A stretch of 39,242 nucleotides of DNA from an uncultured Methanosarcinales archaeon (GTDB lineage Archaea > Nanobdellota > Nanobdellia > Woesearchaeales > JABMPP01), in assembly GCA_964604995.1 (NCBI GenBank), contig CAZSAD010000014.1, positions 1 through 39,242 on the forward strand. Reading direction: 5' to 3'. Below the pieces are notes generated by a model. The model ran no database searches and was not told the origin of the DNA. It was given only the letters and a program-made list of their open reading frames with translations. Shown piece by piece: positions 19,313-28,083 of this stretch. Numbering within the stretch: the stretch's first letter is position 1; the number at the start of each line of letters is the position of its first letter. The position numbers and the translations under genes are program-made.

Positions 19313-20374
19313 ATGTTGAATCTTATTTCCTCTACAAAGAAAAAAATTCTCAGTACATATCCATTTATTCAAGATTGGAAAAAAATTACTAAAAAGGCAT
19401 TCTTGGAAAACATGAAACTCTACCAAAATGAATTATTACAAAAGGGAATTGAGTCTATTGAATTAAAAATTATTACTCATTGGTTTTTTTATATGCGTGG
19501 ATTCGACGACAAAAATGAGATATGTTCCAAGGATTTGAAATGGAAAGTTGAGATTTTAAAAAATCCATTAAATAGTGAAATCTTAACATTTAGAGTAGAT
19601 TCTGATTATACTATTCCACGTATGTTTTACAATGGCTCTTATAGTGGGGAATGCATTATAGATTATCCATTGAAAGAAAGTATCCGAGATGAAAAGCTTG
19701 TTGAAGAAAAATATTCAAAATTAAATCCCGCTATATTATCTTTTATCTTTATGAGAATTATCGATACATGGGGGTTGAAGTTCAGTTGGGAAACACATCA
19801 TTATCTCACAGTTGCTTTGAAGGATTATCTTAAAGGTAAAAAGGATCAGAAAAAAGCTATACAAGAATATGGTGAGCTATTGCTAAAAATCATAGAAAAA
19901 CCAGAAGAATATAAAGAATACCAAAAGAAATATTACTTACGTGAAAAATATTGGTTTAAAGATGATGAAATAAAATTTCTTTCTAATCTTCGCAAAAACC
20001 CTTCCCAGATTTACTCCTCCCTCAAAAAATTGATATTTATTGTTTCAAATGCCAGTCACCGTGGAGGGGATAATGAATTAGGAACTAGCGAATACAAAAG
20101 GATGCATGCCTATAATCTCTTCATCATTTTAAATCCTAATTGTGTTACCTATAGATTCGGGTCTGGAGATTTTGGTAAGGGTAAGGGAGGCAGTACCTGG
20201 GGAGAATTTAATACTAAACATTTTAAAGGTGATATTTTTGGAATTGTTTGTATTCTAAATAACAAAGAGTTTTGCAAACATATAGTGGAAGATATGCTCA
20301 AAGCAACAGAGGAGCATCCAGAAAGACGACCTCCAATTTACGATTGCAATGGAAATTTAATATGGCCAGGGTAA
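19313..20374 (+). CDS. Hypothetical protein between direct repeats
   Basis: Open frame of about 353 aa ending DIFGIV...RRPPIYDCNGNLIWPG; no confident family. Confidence 0.75.
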   Translation: MLNLISSTKKKILSTYPFIQDWKKITKKAFLENMKLYQNELLQKGIESIELKIITHWFFYMRGFDDKNEICSKDLKWKVEILKNPLNSEILTFRVDSDYTIPRMFYNGSYSGECIIDYPLKESIRDEKLVEEKYSKLNPAILSFIFMRIIDTWGLKFSWETHHYLTVALKDYLKGKKDQKKAIQEYGELLLKIIEKPEEYKEYQKKYYLREKYWFKDDEIKFLSNLRKNPSQIYSSLKKLIFIVSNASHRGGDNELGTSEYKRMHAYNLFIILNPNCVTYRFGSGDFGKGKGGSTWGEFNTKHFKGDIFGIVCILNNKEFCKHIVEDMLKATEEHPERRPPIYDCNGNLIWPG

Positions 20375-20436
20375 ACTTCATGAATAATATTTTCATTGAA
20401 AATGAAGATTTTGTTCCACTATTTTGGATAATAATC

Positions 20437-20651
20437 TTTTCTAGAAAAAATTAATGCAAAGAATTGGATTCAAAGAGCTGACCTCAGCTCGCACGGAAGC
20501 TTGGGAGAGTTAACTTCGTTACTCTCCAGAACTGATAATCAATTTCAAATTAATGCTTAAATAATATTATTCCTGAAAATACTCTTACAAAAACTTACTT
20601 CAAAACGCACGCAAGCTGGTACGACATTCGCCAAGTTCAGTCGTACAAACT
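20437..20651 (-). repeat. Degenerate tRNA-Leu 3'-half copies with hairpin inserts (att-like repeats 2 and 3)
   Basis: 20437-20470 repeats 19214-19248. Motif CGCACG(G/C)AAGCT(T)G-[7-bp hairpin]-A(G)AACT occurs at 20490-20533 and 20606-20651. Confidence 0.6.
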
Positions 20652-20684
20652 AAACAAATAAAATTTTCTAGAAAAATAAATTAA

Positions 20685-20768
20685 TGCGGAGGACAGGATT
20701 CGAACCTGCGTAAGCACTAAGCTAATGGGTCCTAAGCCCATCCCGTTTGGCCACTCCGGCACCTCCGC
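20685..20768 (-). tRNA. tRNA-Leu (anticodon TAG), intronless, CCA not encoded
   Basis: GCGGAGG/CCTCCGC-A acceptor stem; anticodon arm ATGGG-CTTAGGA-CCCAT; long variable arm; GCAGG-TTCGAAT-CCTGT T arm. Confidence 0.97.
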
Positions 20769-20941
20769 AACAATGGTTTCGCCCATTGACGACGACCATA
20801 AGTACTATCTCACTATGTTCGATAGTACGATGAAATAACGAACCTACTCGTTATATAAAAAGTTATTTGAAAATTTATAATTAATCAAGAATAATAAAAA
20901 TAATAAAAAAATAGAATTAAACTAAATTCATTTAATCTATT

Positions 20942-21445
20942 TTACCACGCTACTCTATGGCCCGTACCTTCCATTATTTCAAATGTTTCATTCATCAAGC
21001 TTTCCATTACAAAATTGTAATTTGGTGATAAAAGGATTATATTTTCAACAGCAGTATCTAATGCTTTTTTCATTTTTTGTCCATAATTTGTTCCTGCTAA
21101 TTCTCCACCATATATTTTGTTAGAAGCATTCACCAATTTTGATATGTGCTCATAATTTCCATTTTTACCTTCTGTTAAATGACCATTACTTCTTTTTGTA
21201 ACATCCGAAAGCATTTCTAATCCATCTAAAGTACTATTTACAACTTCATCTGAGTTTGAATGCTCTACAACATTTCTAAAAACATCTGTCAAATCCATCA
21301 TGGCATTATTAAGATTTTTTCTTGCACTTTTAGTATCGGATGTGTTTTCTTTTTCACAATATTGCATTACCCAAGATATATGATTTCCAAACTTTTGTTC
21401 CCATTCAACTGTTCCATTCATTGCCCCTTTGTCATTATATTTCAT
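20942..21445 (-). CDS. Hypothetical protein, probably helical
   Basis: Open frame of about 167 aa from ATG 21445 (GTG 21454 possible); no motif recognised. Confidence 0.65.
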   Translation of the reverse strand: MKYNDKGAMNGTVEWEQKFGNHISWVMQYCEKENTSDTKSARKNLNNAMMDLTDVFRNVVEHSNSDEVVNSTLDGLEMLSDVTKRSNGHLTEGKNGNYEHISKLVNASNKIYGGELAGTNYGQKMKKALDTAVENIILLSPNYNFVMESLMNETFEIMEGTGHRVAW

Positions 21446-21778
21446 ATTTCCCACCCATATTACTCTTGTACATGTTTTTCTCCTCGTTAATTTTTGTTTA
21501 TTTTTAGTTTTTTATTTTACTTTTTATTTTATTATAGCAATATCTCAAGTTGTTTTTTTTCCTCTCCTAGAATTTTTAGGAAGAGAGTTTACAAAATAAT
21601 CAAAACTTCAAAAACAATCAAACTTTTTAGTTCTTTATTTTTATTCATTTCTTTCAACTTTTTTACATTAATAATTTTTGACTTAATCAAAATAGAGTAA
21701 CTAGTATCATCATATGCTATATAAACCTTGTGGCAGAAATTCATTAAATTTATATATTTCAACACATTTTATGAAAAA

Positions 21779-22435
21779 ATGACACAATTAGGGGATATTG
21801 TTAGGGACGAAATAAATACTTCACCTAGTATAAGGGCTGATTTGCAAAAGAAAATAATTAATATCAGAGCTCTTGCAAAGCATATTAAAAAAAAGAATTC
21901 TTTAAACTATTCTTTGGATGCAATAATTAGTGCAATAAGAAGATATCAAGAAAATAGCAATCTTCCAAATCTTTACTTTGAACCATCAAAACTAATTAAA
22001 GGCGCATCACTTTCGAGCAAAAATCGGATTTCAAGTATTCATCTTGAAAAAAATGAAGAAGTGTTAAAAGTAATTCCTCAAATTTTTGAGAGAATAGAAT
22101 TAATTAACCATCGTATTCTTAGAGTTGTGCATGCACAAAAAGCAATAAAAATTTTTCTTGATCAGGCTTTTTTGGATCAGGTTGTTTCTTTGTTTCAAAA
22201 AAAATATATCAAATCAATAAAGAAAAATATGGCTGAAGTTATAATTGAAGTCGATGAGAATTCATGGGAAACTCCTGGGGTGTTAAGTTTTATGACATCT
22301 GAACTTTTTTTGAACAATATAAATATTTATGAAATTCATACATGCATTCCCGAAATAGTTTTTATAATTAAAGAAAGTGATTTGATGAAAGCATACGAAG
22401 TACTTTACAAATGCTCAAAAGGAGAATCTAATTAG
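21779..22435 (+). CDS. Archaeal ACT-domain protein with putative N-terminal HTH
   Basis: IINIRALAKHI...SLDAIISAIRRY and C-terminal ACT (TPGVLSFMTSELFLNNINIYEI); TATA about 25 nt before ATG 21779. Confidence 0.78.
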   Translation: MTQLGDIVRDEINTSPSIRADLQKKIINIRALAKHIKKKNSLNYSLDAIISAIRRYQENSNLPNLYFEPSKLIKGASLSSKNRISSIHLEKNEEVLKVIPQIFERIELINHRILRVVHAQKAIKIFLDQAFLDQVVSLFQKKYIKSIKKNMAEVIIEVDENSWETPGVLSFMTSELFLNNINIYEIHTCIPEIVFIIKESDLMKAYEVLYKCSKGESN

Positions 22436-22482
22436 TTGGTATACATAATTGAAAAAATTAAAATAAAAAATATTAAGAAAAT

Positions 22483-22668
22483 TTATTTGTTTCTACTTCT
22501 AATAACAGGGCCAGTTTGCCAGGCATAACTTCTAACTCTGGCAGATTTTCCATAACCGCAGCTTGCACAGACTTTCTTATTTATGTGATAAGCGTGTCTG
22601 CCACATCTTCTGCAGCGAATGTGGCTCTTTGAATCGTTATGTTTTCCCTTGGAGGGTGTTCCCTTCAT
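22483..22668 (-). CDS. rpl37e: 50S ribosomal protein L37e
   Basis: [30 protein letters not shown]. Confidence 0.97.
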   Translation of the reverse strand: MKGTPSKGKHNDSKSHIRCRRCGRHAYHINKKVCASCGYGKSARVRSYAWQTGPVIRSRNK

Positions 22669-22716
22669 GTTTCATCACTTGATTTGTTTTTTTATTTTAT
22701 CTTGATTGTTATATTT

Positions 22717-22947
22717 TTATTCAGTTGAAATTACTGTTATTGTGTCTCCTCTTAAAAATACTGAGTTAAGTTTTCTTTTGACTTCGCCATCAGCTCTTTC
22801 TTCAACATCTTCTAAGACGACATTTATGTGAATATCAAATGCTTTGAGTTTACCAACGTATTGTCTGTTGTTTTTTAGTTCAACTAAAACTCTTTTATCT
22901 CTTGCCTTGTTTAATGTGTCTAGAGGCCTTGACATTTCCATTACCAT
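22717..22947 (-). CDS. Sm-like archaeal protein (Lsm/SmAP1)
   Basis: RPLDTL, GKLKAFDIHINVVL and FLRGDTI; conserved Lsm-rpl37e pair; SD GAGGTG. Confidence 0.95.
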   Translation of the reverse strand: MVMEMSRPLDTLNKARDKRVLVELKNNRQYVGKLKAFDIHINVVLEDVEERADGEVKRKLNSVFLRGDTITVISTE

Positions 22948-23090
22948 TTAAAACACCTCGCATTCAAAAAAATTGAATATTGTTTGGATGATTTACTTTG
23001 TTTATAAAGCTTAGCCTTGCAAGCTTTTGTAATCTAAGATAAAGTTTATCATTCAAAACCTTTAAAAAGCCCACATTTTTCCAATACATT

Positions 23091-23471
23091 ATGGTAATCA
23101 AACAGACAAAAAGCAAGAGGACGCCAAGCGGCGGACAATATAAAGATTATAGGAAGCTTAGGCAATATGAAATTGGAAGTATGCCTTTGTTAACTAAAGT
23201 TGGTTCTCAAAAAATAAGGAAAGACAGAGTCATGGGCGGCAATAGCAAGGTTAGAGTCCTTAGCGCAGAAGTTGCAAATTTGCTTGATCCAAAGACGAAA
23301 AAGTTTACAAAAGCTAAAATTCAAACTGTAACTGAAAATCCTGCAAACAGACATTTTGTCAGAAGAAACATTATTACAAAAGGTACAATCATACAAACCG
23401 ACAAAGGCAAAGCAAGAGTCACATCAAGACCAGCCCAAGACGGAACTGTTAATGCTGTTTTAGTAGAATAA
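23091..23471 (+). CDS. rps8e: 30S ribosomal protein S8e
   Basis: SKRTPSGG, ENPANRHFVRRNIITKGTII and VTSRPAQDGTVNAVL. Confidence 0.97.
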   Translation: MVIKQTKSKRTPSGGQYKDYRKLRQYEIGSMPLLTKVGSQKIRKDRVMGGNSKVRVLSAEVANLLDPKTKKFTKAKIQTVTENPANRHFVRRNIITKGTIIQTDKGKARVTSRPAQDGTVNAVLVE

Positions 23472-23523
23472 ATTATTTAATTCTTATTTTCTTTTTTATA
23501 TCCTATTTTAATCTCTATTAAAT

Positions 23524-25353
23524 TTACGCGTTTGTAGTTTTATAACTAATACCATTACTGTTTTGACTGTTGATATTACCATTCTGTTTTTTTTGTTTAT
23601 ACTCAAACATTGGAACAGTAAATGTTATCTTTGTTCCTACACCAGGTTCACTTTCTGCCCAAATTTTACCACCATTGTCATATACCATATCTCTACAATT
23701 AATAAGTCCTATACCAATCCCGCTTTCTCCAGATGTCCCTCTTTCAGATTTATTAAATATATTGTCTTTGTTAAATAAATTTTCAGCTTTTTCTTTTGAC
23801 ATTCCTTTTCCTTGATCTTGAACAGTTATGTATGCATACAAATTATCATCTTCTAATTTGTCAACATAACTCTCAACACTAATCTTTGTTTTAGGGCTGC
23901 TAAATTTTACACTGTTCATTAATAAATTAGACATTATTGATGTTAAGCTTCCTTCGTCAAACCAACCTTTTAAGGCAATTGGTACTTTATTTTCAACAGA
24001 AATTTCTTTGCGTTTTGCAGTATCTGAAACATATTTTATTCCATTATTTACTACAAGTTTCATATCACACTCCCTGGGGTTATACTCAACATTACCCATT
24101 TGATTTCTGCTCCACTCCAAAATATTTTTCAATATTTCATAATAAGAATGTGAAGCTAATTTAAGTGTATTAGAAACATCAATTAACTCTTGATCATTAG
24201 GGTATTTTTCTGTTATTTCATCTTTTAATATTTCAGCATATCCCATTATATGGTTAAGTGGACTTCTTAAATCATGAGATACAATTGAAAAAAATTTATC
24301 TTTTTTTTGATTAATAGTCTTTAATAAAATTTCTAGTTCTTTGTTTTTAGTGATATCTATAATAGTTCCAAAATGTTCTTCTGTTTTTTCATTATTATCA
24401 ATTTCAATATGGGTTTGATCCCTAACCCATATAATCTCTCCATTTTTTTTGATAATCCTGTACTCAGTTACTGGATTGTAATTTTTTGATTCAATTGCAA
24501 CTTTTATTTCTTCACGTACCCTTTCTTTATCTTCAGGATAAACAATATCCATAAATTTAAGTTTGCCAGAAACAAATTCTTTAAGATTATATCCCCATTC
24601 TTTTTCAACATTATGACCATATTTAACTGTTGAGTTTTCATCTCCTTTCCATCTAAAAGATACAATTGGACTTTGACTAATCACTTCTTCAAGTTCTGAG
24701 AGTTTTGCAAAGGTGCCAGCTAACATATATTCTGCTTTTCTTTTTTCGGTAATATCTTCACCAGTTAAAAGAATAAAGTGATTGCCATTATTACCACGCA
24801 TTTCAACTGTATTAAACGTAATTAATTTTTTTTGTCCATCTTTAGTTTTTACACTGTATTCAGTTGTGAAGGTATCTTTATTGTTGTACAATTCAATTTT
24901 GTACCTCGGCTTGTCTGATTCTTCTAAAAATGATTCAGCAAAAAGACCTACAATCTCTTCTTTTTTGTAACCTAACACTTGTTCTGTATATTTATTTACT
25001 GTTACAATTTCTCCATTTTTAGAAGGGTCTAATATTACAACTAAAGAAGGAATGTTATCTACAATATCTTCATTGTATTGTTTTAATCTATCACTTTCAA
25101 TATGTTCTTTTTTTAAAGCAGCAACTGTTTTTTTTATTCCCCAACCAGCAAGTGTAAATAAAATTGTCTCTACCAATACTTCGCCTAGATGTTCAGATGG
25201 TAAACTAAATGTTCCGTTTTCATAAAAAGTTGTAGCTAACTCAGAGAGCGATGGTAAAGTTGCACCTAAATAAGGCATTGTATTATGCCAATTATCTTTT
25301 ACTTTTTGTTTACCCGTATTCAATATGTTTGATATTTTTTCGTTGATTGTCAT
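23524..25353 (-). CDS. PAS-PAS sensor histidine kinase
   Basis: Two PAS/PAC domains; H-box SHDLRSPL; N-box NLLMNSVKF; DQGKG and GIGIGL; likely one N-terminal TM segment. Confidence 0.93.
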   Translation of the reverse strand: MTINEKISNILNTGKQKVKDNWHNTMPYLGATLPSLSELATTFYENGTFSLPSEHLGEVLVETILFTLAGWGIKKTVAALKKEHIESDRLKQYNEDIVDNIPSLVVILDPSKNGEIVTVNKYTEQVLGYKKEEIVGLFAESFLEESDKPRYKIELYNNKDTFTTEYSVKTKDGQKKLITFNTVEMRGNNGNHFILLTGEDITEKRKAEYMLAGTFAKLSELEEVISQSPIVSFRWKGDENSTVKYGHNVEKEWGYNLKEFVSGKLKFMDIVYPEDKERVREEIKVAIESKNYNPVTEYRIIKKNGEIIWVRDQTHIEIDNNEKTEEHFGTIIDITKNKELEILLKTINQKKDKFFSIVSHDLRSPLNHIMGYAEILKDEITEKYPNDQELIDVSNTLKLASHSYYEILKNILEWSRNQMGNVEYNPRECDMKLVVNNGIKYVSDTAKRKEISVENKVPIALKGWFDEGSLTSIMSNLLMNSVKFSSPKTKISVESYVDKLEDDNLYAYITVQDQGKGMSKEKAENLFNKDNIFNKSERGTSGESGIGIGLINCRDMVYDNGGKIWAESEPGVGTKITFTVPMFEYKQKKQNGNINSQNSNGISYKTTNA

Positions 25354-25545
25354 GTTGTTGTGTTATGTCTAAAACATAATTCATAAATATGATTTATAAT
25401 ATGACATAATCTATAATATAACTAAAGATGCTACTATTAAGTAGTTATTATATACTAATTGGGAATTTTAAGCATTTAAAAAGCTTTATGTTTAAATTAT
25501 AAAAGAACTGAATTTTGTAAGTTTTTAATCATACCTACTTTGAAC

Positions 25546-26895
25546 TCAATTAGTTATAATCTTACTCAACTTATCTTTCATCTGCTCCATTTTTTCTTTA
25601 GTTGTTGCTTCAAGATTTAATCTTAAAACTGGTTCAGTATTAGATGCTCTAACATTAAACCACCAATCTTCAAAATCTATTCTTATTCCATCAAGATGGC
25701 TGATTTTACCCTCATAAAATAATCTTTCAAGCTCTTGCATTTTTTCATTTTTATCTTTAACTTCAAAATTTATCTCTCCACTATGAAAATATTTTCTTAA
25801 AGGATTTACTAATTCTGATAATTTTTTATTAGTTTCACTCATTAGTTCTAAGATTGCAAATGTTGCCATTAGAGGACTTTCAGCAAAATGATTTTCTTTG
25901 AAATATAAATGTGCAGATAGTTCTCCAGCAAAAATGGCATCTTCTTTTCTCATTTGTTCTTTAATATAAGAATGTCCAACTCTACACATATTTGCAATGC
26001 CTCCTTCTTTTTCAACAATTTCTTGAACAATTCTTGAAGATCTTAAATCATAAAGTATTATACTTTTAGGATTATCCTCAATCAATTTTTTAGCAATTAA
26101 AGTAGTTATTAAATCTGCTCCGATAGTATCTCCTTTTTCATCAATAAACATGCATCTATCTGCATCACCATCTAATGCAATTCCTAAATCTGCTTTTTTT
26201 GCAATAACTTCTTTTTTAATTGCTTTAAGATTCTCTTCTTTCATTGGATTTGCTTCGTGATTTGGAAAATTACCATCTGGATTTTGATAAAGACAGGTAA
26301 AATCACAATTAAGTTTTTCAAATACTTTAGAAAAAGTTATTCCTCCCATTCCATTTGCAGCATCAACTACAATTTTTAGTGGCTTAATTTTTTTTGCTAA
26401 TTCAAGGTGAAATTCAACAAATTTAGGCATAAAATCTATTTCAACTATTTTTCCAGTTTTGTTTGCTTTTTTTGTAAAATTATTATCCTTAAAATTATTA
26501 TCTTTATTATTACTTTTTTGCACCATCTCTTCAATTTTATTTAATCCATTATCGTAAGTAATTGGTCTAACATCTAATCCACACATCTTAAAACCATTAT
26601 ATTTTCCAGGATTATGGGACGCAGTAACCATAATTGCAGCTTCAAATTCACGCGCGCAAAAATAAAACATTGGTGTATCAACCATACCAGCATAAACAAT
26701 ATCGCATCCAGCGTCAGTTATTCCTTTTGTTAATGATTTATACAAAGAGGGAGAGCTTTCTCTCATATCCCTTCCTACAAGAATTTTTTTTGGAGAAAAT
26801 AAAGATACAAATGAAAATCCAATTTTATATGCAATATCTTCATTTATTTCTTGAGGGTAAATTCCTCTTATATCATACGCTTTGAAAATTCCCAT
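25546..26895 (-). CDS. Phosphomannomutase/phosphoglucomutase
   Basis: IFKAYDIRG, TASHNP, DGDADR, GELSAH and VRASNTEPVLRLN; start moved to ATG 26895. Confidence 0.95.
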   Translation of the reverse strand: MGIFKAYDIRGIYPQEINEDIAYKIGFSFVSLFSPKKILVGRDMRESSPSLYKSLTKGITDAGCDIVYAGMVDTPMFYFCAREFEAAIMVTASHNPGKYNGFKMCGLDVRPITYDNGLNKIEEMVQKSNNKDNNFKDNNFTKKANKTGKIVEIDFMPKFVEFHLELAKKIKPLKIVVDAANGMGGITFSKVFEKLNCDFTCLYQNPDGNFPNHEANPMKEENLKAIKKEVIAKKADLGIALDGDADRCMFIDEKGDTIGADLITTLIAKKLIEDNPKSIILYDLRSSRIVQEIVEKEGGIANMCRVGHSYIKEQMRKEDAIFAGELSAHLYFKENHFAESPLMATFAILELMSETNKKLSELVNPLRKYFHSGEINFEVKDKNEKMQELERLFYEGKISHLDGIRIDFEDWWFNVRASNTEPVLRLNLEATTKEKMEQMKDKLSKIITN

Positions 26896-27013
26896 AAAAC
26901 ACCACAAGTTAAATTTCTTTATATAACTGCTGTTAATATTATTGTACAATTTAATATTTAAATTAATATTTTAATTTAATATTTAGCAATATTAATATTT
27001 AGCAATAATTTTA

Positions 27014-27850
27014 TTACTTGATATCTTTCCATTCTTTGATTGCTTTTTCATATCTTTGGATATTTCCTGTATCAAACCACTGACCAGAAAACGGATATCC
27101 AAATAATTTTCCTTGCTTTGCAAGTTTTGGAAAAATATCTTTTTCAAGTAAAGAGAATCCTTTTGGAATCATTTCAATAACTTCTGGTTCGATTATATAA
27201 AAGCCAGCATTAATTAAATTGCTTGGAGCATCTTTTCTTTTTGGTTTTTCTACAAATTCTAAAATTTTTGTACCTGATAATCTTGCAACACCATAAAGTG
27301 TTGGATCATCAACTGTTGTTAGTGCAATTGTAACAAGTGCATTATTTTCTTTATGCATTTTATACATTTCTTCAATGTTTAAATCTTTCAATTCATCCCC
27401 ATTAGAAACAATGAAAGTTTCATTTAAACTTCCTTTTGCAAGTTTTAGTGGTCCAGCTGTACCAAGGGGGGAATCTTCTTCAATATAACTTAATTTAATA
27501 CCATATTTTACACCGTCTCCATAATGTACTTTAATTTTTTCTTTCATATGGCCTACTGCCATTACAATATCTTTAATATCATATTTTTTTAAAAGATCAA
27601 AAAGATGTTCTGTTAATGTTTTATTATGAATAGGAATCAAAGCTTTTGGTATTTCATAAGTAATTGGTCTTAGTCTTGTTCCTTGTCCACCTGCTAAAAT
27701 AACTGCTTTTCTTGGAACATGTGCTTTTAATGCTTTAAGAATTAAAAGTTCAACAGCATGACTTCTATTTTTCATATTAAACCCATCAATTAATGAGTCA
27801 ACCTGGTGTAAAACATTTTTATCTAAAGTTAATGTTACCCTCTCTTTCAT
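27014..27850 (-). CDS. Sugar-1-phosphate nucleotidyltransferase with N-terminal ribbon-helix-helix domain
   Basis: Residues 1-41 MKERVTLTLDKNVLHQVDSLIDGFNMKNRSHAVELLILKAL fit the RHH pattern; then LAGGQGTRLRPITYEIPK, PLGTAG, NGD, FVEKP and WFDTG. Confidence 0.9.
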   Translation of the reverse strand: MKERVTLTLDKNVLHQVDSLIDGFNMKNRSHAVELLILKALKAHVPRKAVILAGGQGTRLRPITYEIPKALIPIHNKTLTEHLFDLLKKYDIKDIVMAVGHMKEKIKVHYGDGVKYGIKLSYIEEDSPLGTAGPLKLAKGSLNETFIVSNGDELKDLNIEEMYKMHKENNALVTIALTTVDDPTLYGVARLSGTKILEFVEKPKRKDAPSNLINAGFYIIEPEVIEMIPKGFSLLEKDIFPKLAKQGKLFGYPFSGQWFDTGNIQRYEKAIKEWKDIK

Positions 27851-27874
27851 AAACTTGACGAAAACTGATTTAGA

Positions 27875-27951
27875 TATATAAACTTTTGTTTTTATATGAT
27901 AAAGTGTGATAAAGGTAAAATTTAAATAACTGCATCATATTTTGTATGATG
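27875..27951. promoter_or_regulatory. Divergent promoters with repeated TRTGAT half-sites
   Basis: Minus-strand TATA 27875-27882; TGATAAAG direct repeat (27897-27904, 27907-27914); plus-strand TTTAAATA 27921-27928; palindrome CATCATA-N5-TATGATG 27933-27951. Confidence 0.55.
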
Positions 27952-28083
27952 ATTATATTTTAACGTCGTAAAAATTAGTTGTTTGTATAATCCTACTTGA
28001 ATTATACTTTTTTTATTTTACAATTTTAACAATTTTTACGATTTAATAATCTTATAATCTTATAATTTTATAAAGGTGAAATT

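Noticed and set aside
20769..20835. Hammerhead-like layout (AUC, stem, CUUAUGG, stem, GAAA) on the minus strand
   Set aside because: The core does not match CUGAnGA in the right register and stem III cannot form.
21447..21453. G-GGA-AAT slippery heptamer as a programmed frameshift
   Set aside because: A -1 slip goes the wrong way; joining the short upstream ORF to the main ORF needs +1.
16473..21454. Intact provirus or integrative element at tRNA-Leu
   Set aside because: No integrase, transposase, capsid, packaging or replication gene is recognisable; only att-like remnants are supported.
21494..21700. 68-aa Phe-rich ORF
   Set aside because: Low-complexity T-rich intergenic DNA with a TTG start and no SD.
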